DNA of 63,981 nt, filler included, from Hyphochytrium catenoides (GCA_900088475.1; 8 parts of 8 records of this genome joined end to end with filler, not necessarily neighbours in it); one strand, 5' to 3'; shown: positions 47,701-58,704, numbered from the whole stretch's first letter. Made by a program: numbers and translations. The notes: generated by a model not told the origin, from the sequence alone.

Positions 47701-50700
47701 GTTGCTCCATCTGCTCCAGTAACTACTACCGCGTAACGAACTATTGCACCAGCTGCCCTAGTCCAACTATAGCAGACCTTCTCTTCCCTTCCCAGCTCTT
47801 CCAATACGTGGTTGTGGTCGCCCTTCTATGTCTCTTTATCGATTCGTTTTCCAAGGCATCGAGCTTCATTATATCCTTAAGGTTTATTCAACTGACCTAC
47901 CTGGTTGGGTTCTTCGAGCTTTCCTGGCAGGGAGGCTTCCAGAAAATCTTTGAGGTGCAAGGGGGAATTGTCCAGTCAGTCGAGACCGAGATTTACTCTA
48001 CCGAGTTTTTCAGCGCTTTCTCTTCTCTCTCTCTTTGGATGCCTATGTTCTTCTTTCCAGATTTTGATCAAACCGGAGCACTAACGTGTTCAACTTGGTC
48101 TGACCATAACGAGGCGTTTAGCGTGCTGGTGCCTGCGCTGGTGCTGCTGGGGATGGCTATAGCGTGGGTATGGCTGCATCGGCCACACTGGACCTTCAAA
48201 TGGCTGATGAGGTCAATGAAGGCAGCGTTTCTTGAGGTTAATGCCCAGAGGCATCCTCTAGAGAAAGCTCTTAGAGAGGAAATGAGCAGCAAGTTAAGCT
48301 TTTTGCGTGAAGTAGCCAAGCTGAACGACGTTCACCTTTCTGAGTCCATCCAAGAAAGACGAAGCCCTAAACAGGCCCGACAGGTTCTGGCTGTCAAGCA
48401 GTCCGAGCTTGCAGCAGCCGATACAGGCGCTGTGACTCCATCTGAGATGGAGGAGCTGCACCACTGCCACGCTGCTGAGTACCACCTTCAAGCAGGAGAG
48501 AAATCTCGCAAAGCTATTCAGGGTGCATTTATCGCAGTACTCACTCTGCTCTTTCCTTGGTGTTTGAGAAAGGTGCTCCGCGCACTTGTCTGCCCTGAGG
48601 CTGACTTCGGGGCAAATTGTTCCCTTACCGGGCAAAACAGGCTGGCGATTGTGCTTATTCCGCTCCTCTTTGTCTTCCTCGTAGCCGTTGGTGTTTCTTT
48701 CCTCAACCACGCAGGTAAAGACGGTTGGGTGATGTTTCTCTGCAAGAATAAGAACAAGCGCTGGAAGAAGTGGGAGTTCATGGTGCAGGCCCGAACGGCT
48801 CTCTTTGTATTCTGCGAGTTTGTCTCCGATAATGGGGTCTTCCAAGCGGGCCTTGCACTCTCACTCTGTCTCCTCTACGTGGTGCTCCATAGCTGGCTGG
48901 GACCGTACAAGAGCGACAGCTCTAATAGGCTTGAGACGTTATGTATGCTCAGTGTGATTACCATGCTCTTTATCGGTATACTCTGCTCTACATCATCTTT
49001 CCCATCACTGTATATTGCCCGAGCTGTGCACCTTGGTGGGTTAGGACTTTTTGTTTCCACAGTCGCCATGTGTCTCTACACCTCTTTTCTCGAAGCCATT
49101 AATAGGAGAAGAATCAATCTTTTGAAGGAAGGAAGGAAAGAAGGAAACGCAACGCGTGCTAATTTCTCCTCGTCGAAGTCAACGTCCTCTGGTCTTTGGA
49201 CTCTTCTGGCCTCGGGAGTAGAAGATGAGTCTCTCATGACTTTCGTTGGGCTCTTTCTAGACGTCCTTTTGCCTGAAGATAGACTAGGCACTCCAGTCTT
49301 CCCAACTGATAGCAGAGGGGAGAAGCTTCTCCCAATTAGCGGCATCAGAAACATTCTACTCTCCCACGCGATCATCAAAGCCAAGTTGCAGGATGTCCAG
49401 ATGTCCATCTTTCGTCACTGGGTAAAGCTGACGACGCGCTCTCTGTATCTCAATCACTTTTCGGAGGATAAACTGACGGAAAAGAGTAAAATAATCATCA
49501 GAAAGAAGGTCATGGAGCTTCTTGCTACTTTTCCTTCTTTAGGATCAGTCCTCTTGGAAGTGATGGCTTGTCAGAATTGGAAAAGGAGAGCTTCTCTTCT
49601 TCCCGGGGAAGAAAATAGACTAAAGAGGGAAGCTGTTGTGTGGCCTCACCTCAAGCAGAAGCTCCTGGACACTTACTGTGCGCATGATGACGATATCCTG
49701 ACGGAATTGGGACCTGTAGTAGAGGACTTCCAGTGCCAATGGGAAGGAGTAGTAGGAAAGGGCGATCTCTGTTTGCCAGAGGTTTGGTTTGATTGGCATA
49801 TAGATAGGAAGAAGAAGGCAGAAAGAACCACTGTTGCTAGAAGTGATCTACTTCTGGACTGGCTTTGTGACTCTTCTGCGGACGTAGCATTGGTCGTTGT
49901 GCTGCAAAAGGCTCTACAGATGCTGGCGATGGAACATCATACAATGATTGACATGTCTAGGTCTGCAGTGGTGGGTGTTGAGACCATTTCGACTGTTGAT
50001 CGATCGCTCTCTCGCTTTCCCGTATTCTCTGTCAGGCCCTGCGGCAGGCGGCTAGCCACTTGCTTTGGAGGAGACATCCTTTCTGTCAGAGTGGTGCTGA
50101 GAAACTGCTTCAATCGGCGTATATTCGTTCCATCCAAAAGAATCTCTTGGGATGCGGTTCTCACCGTCGAAGGCAAAGCAAAGGAGAGAGTATGCGCATC
50201 TTCCTCAACACTATTCTCCAGAAGATTAGAAGTGCTAGCATGTAGAGCTACCGAAGATGGGAAAACTTTCCTGGATTTGGCGGTACCACGGCATATAAAC
50301 CAGGGAGTGTACCGCCTCGAAGTTTTTGCATTCCAAACAAAACTTCGCTGGCAGAGCCGGAGAGCTGCGACAGCCAAAGTTGAAAGTGGGAATAGAGAGG
50401 TAGAGATACTCTACCAGGTGGAGTTGAAAGCTGGAGTTGAGAAACATCTAAATGTCTCAACGTCCGTTGGTGACTCAATCTCATTTGAGAAAGACGGACC
50501 CGAATACCTAATCACAGCTGTCGACAAGACAGAGAGAAAGCTGATGCTGGAGAGAGGGTACGAGGGACCGAGCTGCGAGAGTGCACCACTTTATCGTATC
50601 ACAAAAAACTGCAATATGCTGGTGGTGCAAAGGGAGTTGCGCCCTCAACAGCTTGGGGAAGGAAAGTACACCTCTACTATTATGATTTATAGCGATGTGT

Positions 50701-51416
50701 GCCCTCGCACATCCTCGCCAGCCGAAGGGATAGCTCGCATTCTCATCTTCCCTGACCGATGGACTGTTTGGCTTCACGGTGCCCTCTTACGCTTAGAGAT
50801 TGAAGCTAGGTCTAGAAGGGAGAGGTTAGGAGGCAGGGGCACAAAGTGGAAGAAGTGCTTCGAGACTGTCTTCTCTCTCTTCTCTACCTCAAGTGGTGGT
50901 CATCAGGCGGTGGTGCTTCAAAAAGAGCGATTTGTCTATAGAAAACCTTCCAAGGACAAGACAATATTCAAAGTACAGCCCGCCTCTCCAGCAAAGAAGG
51001 CAGCAAAGGGGTCAATCAGGAGTCCAAGTGGACAGGATATGCTTTCTATCCTACTCAAAGAGCAGGGTGAGACAATCAAGGAGACAATCATTGAAGATGC
51101 GAGGAGTGAGGAAGAGGATGGGGATAGCGGGGTGCTTGACGCAGACATTGTCTTCTCTTCTTCAATGACCAATGTCTTTCTAGTAAATCTTTTGATGCAC
51201 AGTCATGCAAGCGACTACCTGCGCCTCAGGGTCTACATCTTAGGAATAGGGGAGGACGAAACTCCTATTCCAACCGACCGGAGTACGTTCTGGGGTGCGA
51301 AGGATTGCATTGAGGTTCTTGATACTCGGCAGGCGGTGGCGTTGGAGGTTGAAGGAGTTGAGAATGCCGAAGAGCCCGCTGTTACCAGAGGCGTTGACAG
51401 TCATGAAGAGAATTAG
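44769..51416 (+). CDS. Giant receptor-like membrane protein: SEA-like, two IPT/TIG, Cys-rich (GCC2/GCC3 ephrin-receptor-like) repeats, ~8-10 TM helices and a ~770-aa tail
   Basis: The frame is open from the gap edge 44769 (EEPEDIFCPPDSRW...) to TAG at 51416. Motifs: TSRRRL, LNPSSGPSTG..VTISFNGEDF, ITLNGTN..VQCKVPP, CVQCQPGQF..CYSCPPNSKT..CLCKPGFY, CKQGYKGPRCSIC, WEFMVQART..PYKSDSSNRLE. Confidence 0.88.
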   Translation, partial: EEPEDIFCPPDSRWSLSKCPYYPYLCYRGPQGACAKGLCVTPEETFRQWEVGFYDLYLGLGRSFFTPLSRKFYVYDQNSLFDALPYPLKFASLSSGGSSRVYFTGQGINRAMSPVLKLFTESPATVTESKGIIDIFRGTPMAQLGPLGRLNVPAMLSEPQRFQFVLGGKEIMAARIRGGYSIRGLRLRVRGTPCGNLVQTKVAYRWFQVPMSEVQFPSSRRERLEAAAFYEELDETMALEIEVVRELGRLPLPVPTVLLYTALEDGEIPISEVTEAGEWISLNLIRAITIPGELSSLVLVMELSYNTPHALPSASDCGNWYFRDTMGESRVYWEHPSSSATQRGEYECHSMSSLAVNGTIFCVGKFFPFLTFETSTLLFSIPVPSDSSRASAAMSLDISANNGNQYLLESLKEIEPAVHFQLKMTGLAPSELRNQTILKLFKESIAAVSSLPLANDNIVIVGLVDLSLLKFSGEVNTSRRRLAEVTPSALISLKIISSAAVPVNGTSAHILKDALTLSVSNQELNSVMQQKGLAISADPSFVSGTVVDPASSIFFNSTALTIDVLTGVTLTDLNPSSGPSTGCSAGATSFIDLQEGVAILEQCKLMEKVLDINGENFLLSAQRPSASVGGLGQKNLFVKWYLTRDLQSYVITIGEIVSDTKIITWPPPFPATSTDLKLNGYATAVVTISFNGEDFSDANIGLNRVFYLPSAVSTVYPLKVPQSGLCDTRSDIGNCQKEGDPVYITLNGTNIFKRRKKLKCLFYQSTGAVTQVEAIISKEFFEFNGTVQCKVPPIEAGVARVTFSNNNGEDVASPATDEEATLPVIQSIPCAQGFVATTPQSKCVQCQPGQFQASNTQCKNCDFNFYSENYGEQRCYSCPPNSKTSSMGTPSLSLCLCKPGFYNFSSNGVDYKCTTCVDNAACEGSNKWPYPIQGYWANLRDQGLGWEMEAPVMERCVPLTACLGGAQSACKQGYKGPRCSICSSNYYRVTNYCTSCPSPTIADLLFPSQLFQYVVVVALLCLFIDSFSKASSFIISLRFIQLTYLVGFFELSWQGGFQKIFEVQGGIVQSVETEIYSTEFFSAFSSLSLWMPMFFFPDFDQTGALTCSTWSDHNEAFSVLVPALVLLGMAIAWVWLHRPHWTFKWLMRSMKAAFLEVNAQRHPLEKALREEMSSKLSFLREVAKLNDVHLSESIQERRSPKQARQVLAVKQSELAAADTGAVTPSEMEELHHCHAAEYHLQAGEKSRKAIQGAFIAVLTLLFPWCLRKVLRALVCPEADFGANCSLTGQNRLAIVLIPLLFVFLVAVGVSFLNHAGKDGWVMFLCKNKNKRWKKWEFMVQARTALFVFCEFVSDNGVFQAGLALSLCLLYVVLHSWLGPYKSDSSNRLETLCMLSVITMLFIGILCSTSSFPSLYIARAVHLGGLGLFVSTVAMCLYTSFLEAINRRRINLLKEGRKEGNATRANFSSSKSTSSGLWTLLASGVEDESLMTFVGLFLDVLLPEDRLGTPVFPTDSRGEKLLPISGIRNILLSHAIIKAKLQDVQMSIFRHWVKLTTRSLYLNHFSEDKLTEKSKIIIRKKVMELLATFPSLGSVLLEVMACQNWKRRASLLPGEENRLKREAVVWPHLKQKLLDTYCAHDDDILTELGPVVEDFQCQWEGVVGKGDLCLPEVWFDWHIDRKKKAERTTVARSDLLLDWLCDSSADVALVVVLQKALQMLAMEHHTMIDMSRSAVVGVETISTVDRSLSRFPVFSVRPCGRRLATCFGGDILSVRVVLRNCFNRRIFVPSKRISWDAVLTVEGKAKERVCASSSTLFSRRLEVLACRATEDGKTFLDLAVPRHINQGVYRLEVFAFQTKLRWQSRRAATAKVESGNREVEILYQVELKAGVEKHLNVSTSVGDSISFEKDGPEYLITAVDKTERKLMLERGYEGPSCESAPLYRITKNCNMLVVQRELRPQQLGEGKYTSTIMIYSDVCPRTSSPAEGIARILIFPDRWTVWLHGALLRLEIEARSRRERLGGRGTKWKKCFETVFSLFSTSSGGHQAVVLQKERFVYRKPSKDKTIFKVQPASPAKKAAKGSIRSPSGQDMLSILLKEQGETIKETIIEDARSEEEDGDSGVLDADIVFSSSMTNVFLVNLLMHSHASDYLRLRVYILGIGEDETPIPTDRSTFWGAKDCIEVLDTRQAVALEVEGVENAEEPAVTRGVDSHEEN

Positions 51417-51764
51417 AATCCTTAGGGCCAACAAATGAAAGCTGACTGTCTAACACACTTATATTAATAGGCCTAAAGAGGATAGCATAAAGTATCCTAT
51501 TTGCAGTGTTATCGTCGTTCTTACTGGACTTACGCCTCTGTCCACGCCTCATTCGGAGGCGTCTGTAGTCCATGCAGAGGACGGATAGGTCCACCCTCAT
51601 TTGTGCTATCTTCTGATGTCGTTGTTGCCTCTTTGCCTTGGACTCAGTAACTAAAGGTCCTACATGTCCCTCCAACTCGTCAGCCTCTTGCCCGCCCTGC
51701 CTTGTGGATCCTATCTTTCTTTGTCCCAGACACAGGATCTGCGTCCCCATCTCATGACGGTGAC

Positions 51765-52161
51765 CTACTTTCTGCCAGGGCTCGCGCTTCTGCTTCGTGA
51801 AGGGCTTTTTCTCCCCCTACTGAGGCTTCTGCTGGCACTTGCGTTTCTTTTAGGAGGGGGGCTTCTGCTTTTGCTCCGGCTGTCGCTCCGGCCCCTGTGA
51901 CGGCAGGTTGATGGAAGTTTAGCAAAACAGGTGTAACAGTGTACACGCGGTATAAATTTCATGGCAGATGGAGTAGGGGCAAGTAGGATGGGATTAGGAT
52001 AATTCAGAAAGCGATAGAGGCGAAGACGTCGATAGCAGCATAGGGTCAATCGTTACCTGCTGTTGCTGCAATGAGTCGGAAGGGCGAAGAGAGAGGGCAG
52101 GAGAAAGGTGTCAGTAACGAGTATGAATTGGACTTAAGACCCTCTGCTGGGTTTTACCTCC
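51765..52161 (-). CDS. 3' end of an RS-domain (SR-like) protein; 5' part lost in the gap
   Basis: The last exon (51894-51765) reads GRSDSRSKSRSPPPKRNASASRSLSRGRKSPSRSRSASPGRK*. It is preceded by a candidate 9-nt exon (52065-52057) and a donor AG|gtaaaa at the gap edge. Confidence 0.65.
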
Positions 52162-52341
52162 NNNNNNNNNNNNNNNNNNNNNNNNNNNNNNNNNNNNNNN
52201 NNNNNTTAATTAATTAANNNNNNNNNNNNNNNNNNNNNNNNNNNNNNNNNNNNNNNNNNNNGAGAGAGAGAAAGAAAGAAAAAATAGAGAGAGAGAGAGA
52301 ATAGAGAATAAAAGAGAGAGAGAGAGAGAAGAGAGAAAAAA

Positions 52342-52373
<32 letters not shown>

Positions 52374-52448
52374 GAAGAGAGAGAGAGAGAGAGAGAGAGG
52401 GATCGGGACCCACTTCGAGGGAGATATGCGTCCTGACGTCCACCTGCA

Positions 52449-53554
52449 GAGACGCAATGGAGCTGTTGACGGACGCAGCTGTGCGAACCGCTGCGCTGGC
52501 TGCGGAGGCCCATCAGGCGGCAAATCGAGCTGCTGAGGAGGGAAGAGGGGGAGAGAGAGAAGGGGAGAAGGAGTCAGAGAGAGAGACGTGGAAGAGCGAT
52601 GACTTCGTAGGACGGAGTGGGATTCACTTCCTCCTGCGGCTGGCTGCCAGCCCGAAGTGGTGCACGCCAAGTGTCGTCAAAGAAGTTGGAAACTTCGCAA
52701 GAGATGAGAGAACCACAGCGCTGGTCGCGGAGGTACAGCTGTCCTTCGGCATTACTTGCAAGTCCATCTTTCCTTTTCGTTCTCTCTGTCTTCCCTCTCT
52801 TTCTCTCTCTTTTCCTCTCCCTTTCTCTCTCTCTCTCCTGCTCTCTCCTGTCTATCTCTCTCTTTCTCTCTCTCTCTCTTTGCCTCACTCTCTCTCGCTT
52901 TGCCTCTCTCTCTCTCTCTTCCTCACCTCGCGCTCTCTTCTCCCGATAACAGTCCTTCCTGTCACGGTACTTCTCTCCATGTTGTCTCCTTTTTGTCTTC
53001 TCTCTTTATCTCTTTCCTTCGTCTCTTGTTCCCTCTGTTCCTCCTCATTCTCTCTTTCCTTTTCCCTCTCTCTCACGGTCCGCAACTTACTCATGACTTT
53101 ACCTAGCTCTTCCTAGCATGGGCTTTCCATAACGTCTTCTCGTTCTCTCTCTGTCTCTTTCTCTCTTTTCTCGCAATGACAGCGCGCCACACGCTATGGG
53201 AAGAGAACTCTCATTCATCTGGCGGCGCGACACACGGATCTTGATGATCGCCTAGGGCGGGCGTTAGTGGAGCAGCTGGTAGAGAAAGACTCTACGTCCT
53301 GCACATTTGGCAAGGCACATCTAGTGTCTCTCCTCTCTCTCCTAGTCACTCCTGAGATCCCTAACTGCTATCGAAGCTTCGCCTGGTGGTCGCTAGGCAA
53401 AGCTGCTGACTCAGGTTCTCTCTCTCTCCTATCAGGCCCGAGCAGGCGCTCTTTCCCTTCTGTTCCCTTCAATATACCTTTGGCCTCACCCTTTTGGGGC
53501 TCTCTTTCTCACTGTTGTCGGTTGCTTCCGGCATTGTCTGCCCATTTCGAACTT

Positions 53555-53593
<39 letters not shown>

Positions 53594-56500
53594 CTCTTCC
53601 TTTCTTACTCGTTAACAATGGTTCTACCCTCGCAGAGAACCTCTACTAATACCTTTCTCCCTTTCTCTTCCCTTTGCATGCTCCTCATATCCTCAGAATC
53701 AAAGCGCCTGGCCCTCAGGGTAGACAGCCGCAGGTCTAAAGTGCGAGAGACTCTTCTTGCCTCTCAAAGTCTGTGGACATCTTTCTTTCTCTCTCTGACA
53801 CATGAAAAAGAAGTCCAGCGGGAAGCTTCGAAGCTCTTCCTGGTCCTTGCTGACGATCCCACCGTCAGCTTCCAAGAACGGAGTCAAGAGAGCGTTCAGG
53901 TGAGCCAGTGANNNNNNNNNNNNNNNNNNNNNNNNNNNNNNNNNNNNNNNNNNNNNNNNNNNNNNNNNNNNNNNNNNNNNNNNTGACTCTACCCTCTCGG
54001 CAGCTTCTGCTGTCATGGATCAAGGTATCAGATAACTCTATCAGTAAACACGCGCTCAAGGCTTTGCTGCTCATCTCTCGGGAAGCTGAAGTGAGGAAGC
54101 TTCTAGTCACAGGAGAGGGTCTCTCTCTTCTCCTGGAACTGGCGAGAGACAGCACTCTAGAGTGTGATCGACGTGCTTTGATGGAGCTGTTGGCAGTACT
54201 GTCCGCAGAAGTTGTGAATAATGAAGAAGAAGGTACGCAGTCTGAACGCATCTTTTCTTCCTTTTTCTCCTGCTTATACTTCTTCCGGCGTAAACCGTGT
54301 CGAGGACCAATCTTTTTCTCTCTCTCTCTCTCGTCTCTCCTTCTGTCATTCGTCTCTCCTCTATCATCACCTTGTTACTAATTCCTCTACGTCTCTCTCC
54401 TTCTCTCTCTTCTTTCTCTCCCTGCCTGTCTTTCCGTCTTGCCTCAATTTAAACTTTTTCTCTGGCTTACCAGCACAACCTTCTCCTTCTCTCTCCCTTC
54501 TAATCACACCAGATAATACTGGCTACCCGTTTGATATGGACACCCTAAGCGTCCTGCTCGAGGGAGAAGAGGAGGCTCCAGAGCTCGGAGCATGGTACCA
54601 AGACCACGTGGCCGTGCAGGTTCCCACCAGTATCCAAAGAAGAGGCTGGCTGGATATCGGCCTCCTAGGGCTTCATGACCAAGATTCAAAGGTGAGCTAA
54701 GAAAGAAAGGGTAGGACAGGCTGAACGAGGAGAGAGTGGAGACTGCTTCTTTGATCAGCAGTAAAAGGGAAGAGAGAACGATGAAGCCCAAAGCGGGGCC
54801 GAGATAAACTGACTGTGAAAGCATCAGGAGAGAGTCACATTATCAACCCTTCCATGACTTATCTTTGCTCCTTGTTCTCTATCTTTCTCTCGTCCTTTTC
54901 GCTCTTTCTCTCCCCCTACGTGCCCATTCCACTAATCGTTTGTCCTTCTCTGTCAACTGGCTTGCCCTTGTCGTCTGGCTTACACTCCCGTCTAACAGGG
55001 TCGAGAGCACGCGATCGAGTTTCTCAAGAACTTGGTGTCCTATGGGAAGCACGGGCCAGTCGTACTTCAGAAGTGGCTTCTGCACTCTTTAGACACTGCG
55101 GCTATGAAATATCCAGGTGCTTCCTTCTCGTCCTTCCTCGTCTTTCAAGCCTACCGCCCCGCGCCCCTTTTTTACCTTCGGTGTGTCTCTCTTTCCCGTC
55201 TAGGGTTTGTCTCATTCCCTCTGTCAACTTGGCTGCCAAAGCCTTTGCACTTACGAGAGACTGACCTCTCGTTTCTCCCTCTTCTTTCCTCTTTATGCAG
55301 TGTACCGGAAGAATATCTCCATGCAGCTGGCGCAGACGTGGACAAAGGCTTTAGGCACAAGTAAGAGGAAGACTAAACCGATTGTTTCTCTCTTTCCCCT
55401 CTTTTCAAGCTCTTACTCCTCCTTGGGATCCTCTGTCCTTTCTCTCCCTCTTGAGCATCTCCTGAACCTTTCCAATTCTCTCTAATTTGACCTTGGACTA
55501 CTTCCTACCTCAAATATATTCTTAGACCACAGTGTACTCCTCTCCTTCAACATCAGTTACTCTCACTTTGTCGCTGTCTTTGACCGTGGGTTTGCATACG
55601 TCTCCTGTCCTTCTCTCTCTCTCTCTTTCTCTCTCCGTTATCTCAATGTAGCTCTTCATGGCGCTTTCTATCGCCAAGATGAGGTGCTAGACGAGAGTCT
55701 CCAGCGGAATGCATTGAAAGCACTAGGAAAGCTGACGGACGATCCCGCGAGCAGGCGGACCATCTTGGACCTTGGGGCGCTGGACTGCGTTCAACTGCTT
55801 GCTCTCTCTACGCCGCACTACAGGGTGAAGAGAGAATGTTGCAAGGTATGAGGAAGGAACGGGAGAAAGTGTGAAGCGAAGAGAGAAATGCAAGGAGACA
55901 GACAGTTGGCTGAGACAAGAAGGCGCCAGAAGGCGAGCGAGAGGAGAGAGAGAAATGGGAGAGAACAAGAAACACTGAGTGCTTCAAAGACTCCACACCA
56001 CCTAACCTTATGCTATCTTATTCTTTCTCTAACGCGTCTGAGCAGGTCATTGCTAACCTCACAGGGACAGAAGCAGCGGAGGATCCGCAGACGCACTTAC
56101 AGGTTAGAGGTGGAGAAATCGCCGAGCTACCGTTCTCTCCTTCTCTCCTATCTGTTTGTTACTCTCGGTCAATCAATGTCTTTCTTCAGACTCTCTTCTA
56201 TTCTCTCCAGCTGACAAAGTCTGTCAACCCGCCTTTCTTTCACTCTTTCTAATCTACTCTTCTCTTTCTCTCTCCTGTGACCGGCCATACAGTTGTGGCA
56301 GAAGCTTCGGATCTCCCGTTGGCCTCAGCTTTTGCAGTCCTGGGCCTCTTCGTCATCAGACGTGAAGCTCCGTCACTATGCGCTTCGAGCTCTTGCCAAC
56401 ATTCACGACCAGAAGGTTAGAGATAGGAGAACAGTATCAGAGGGAAAAAACTCGGCAGCGGAGTAACAGCGGAAAACATGAACTGCGCCAGTCTAGAGAG

Positions 56501-58510
56501 AGACTGGGAACGAGAGACAGCGAGAGAGAGAGAGAAAAGGAAAGAGAGAGAGGGAGAGTTTGGTTAGAAGGCTTGAAGAGAGAGTGACAAGGAAAAGTCC
56601 AACGAATGGGAATGCCGGCCAGGGTTGACTTCTTTTTTTACTGTCGCTAATCACTACCTCTCACCTTGGATTATACCTTAGATCCGAGGCAAAGTGGTGC
56701 ATTACAAGGAGGGAATCAACTTGCTCTATCCTCGAAAGGTAAGAAGATACTGTCTCCCGTGGATCCTTCTCCCTTGCTCCTGCTTTTCTGACCGCGTAAC
56801 TCTCTCTCTCTCCCTCTTGCTCTCACTGGGCGAACAGGATTATTATCAGACACTTAGAAGGATGACGAGAACCAGGACTGGAAGGTTTAGAGGCTCCAGT
56901 CCAAGCAAAGCAGAGGAGGTCCGGCCACCATATTTCTCACTCTCTTCTGTGCACCTTTCTGGGCTGCAGTCTTAACTAGTCCTCAGGTTTTTCCTCTCAC
57001 TGAGTCCCGCGGCACCCTTTGTTATTTAGCGCTTGGGTTCGTCCTCCGACTCTGTCTCATCAGTGACTAGCTGTTTCGCATTCCCTGTCCTCACATCCTC
57101 ATTTTTCTTCCTATTCTGTTATCTCTCTATCTCTTTCGTCGTCTGCATCTCTGCCACACCTGCAGCTGGAGAGCCAGTTGCTAGCGGGCCGCCAGCCAGT
57201 GGATATTATTTTAGTTCACGGACTGCGCGGTGGAGCATTTGTTACCTGGATGAGCCGAAGGGAAGGAAGTGAAGAAGAGCCCAAGGCTGTCTCCCTTCAA
57301 ACTCCTTCCACTTCTGACGAAGGCGTTCTGTGGCCCTCCTCTTGGCTCGTGGACGACCTAGAAAAGAACAACCTGGCTCCAAGAGTGATCTCCGTGGGCT
57401 ATGAAGCGAACGTCCTCTCCTTGACTACGCCCTGGCCGACGATGACCTTAGAGGAGAGGGCTCAGGAGATCCTTGAGAAGCTGGTGGCCGCAGGCGTGGG
57501 CTCTCGGCCGGTAATCTTTATAACTCACAGCATGGGAGGACTGCTTCTGAAGGTACAAATAATGGCAGGATCGACTGCTTTTTCTCTCTCTCTCAGTCGG
57601 ACTTTTCCGCATTTCTCTCTCCTGAGCAGTAGATTGTCTTAGCGGTCCCAGTGGGGTGACATGTCTATCACTAGCGGGATTAGGGTAAGAAGAGTTGGCT
57701 TTTTCTCACTCGTGTTACTTACCAGGAGCTGATGGTCTGCGCTGCGGAGTCTGCCAAGGAGGAGCATCAGGAGTTATATGATAGCACCTTGGCGACAGTC
57801 TTCTATAGTACCCCGCATCACGGTTCGCCCATAGCTAAGCTAAACTATAGAGGTACGGACTAGCGCGCCGCCGAGCCTTGTGAAGGACGGAGTGAACGGT
57901 GAAAGAGAAGCTCAAGGGGATACGGAGACATAATTGAGAAGCCGATGTTGACTGACGGAGAAGAGAAAGAAATAGTGATCAGGGGAGCTCTCTTCTTCCT
58001 CTTGCCAAGAACTGAACGAGCTCTCTTCTTCCTCTTTCCAAGGTCTTAGCAACTGGCTGACTCATCCAGCGGTCAACCATCTGGACCGAACTGAGCGGAC
58101 CGACGAGCTAAACGATCGCTTCAAGGCCTTCACGCATATCAAGTGCCTCAGCCTGGTAAATTAGACTAACCCGGGCACTTACCTTACCTACGACAGTGAT
58201 TTTAACTCTGGCTTCTCTGCTGCTGTGGGCTTCATCTAGGGCGAAGCCGTGCCTTGGTACTTCAACGTCTTCGTGGTGCCTCCGTCCTCGTCAAACCCAG
58301 GTAAGGACTTCTCTATCTTTACCTCGCGCTAAGGCTCCGTGAGCTAAATGGAAGTGTTACGCAGGGTTCGGCGAGTATGTCCTCCTCCCTAATGCGGCCC
58401 ATGAGGACATCTGCAAGCCATTAGACTCGACGGATCTGCGCTATACAGTCGTCAGAGACTTTCTCTCTCAGGTGCTGAGAGAGAGGTTGCCTGACAAGGA
58501 AGACCAATAG
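52449..58510 (+). CDS. SERAC1: SERAC1-like protein (ARM-like repeats plus alpha/beta-hydrolase-fold lipid remodelling domain), multi-exon, 5' end missing
   Basis: Motifs: VDIILVHGLRGGAFVTW, LWPSSWL..RVISVGYE, GVGSRPVIFITHSMGGLLLK, VFYSTPHHGS, VVPPSSSNPGFGE..HEDICKP. Upstream exons are helical (KHALKALLLISRE, ALKALGKL). Confidence 0.85.
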
Positions 58511-58704
58511 AGGTGCGCGAGGAAAGACGAGGAAGAAAGAGTAGAGAGGGAAGCAAAGAAACCTAATAGAACTATTTAGACGTGGCCCACCGTAGGGACA
58601 AAGACTTCAAAGAGAGAGACAGGAGAAAGGAGTGAGCGCTTGGTGTGGGCAAGAGAAGTCCTGTCTCAAGAGCTATTCCTTTTTATTTATTGATCCTAAG
58701 GCCA

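Noticed and set aside
45680-50377. Antisense ORFs of 100-200 aa opposite the giant gene (similar ones lie opposite the kinase)
   Set aside because: They are shadow frames of a long coding sequence with no independent motifs.
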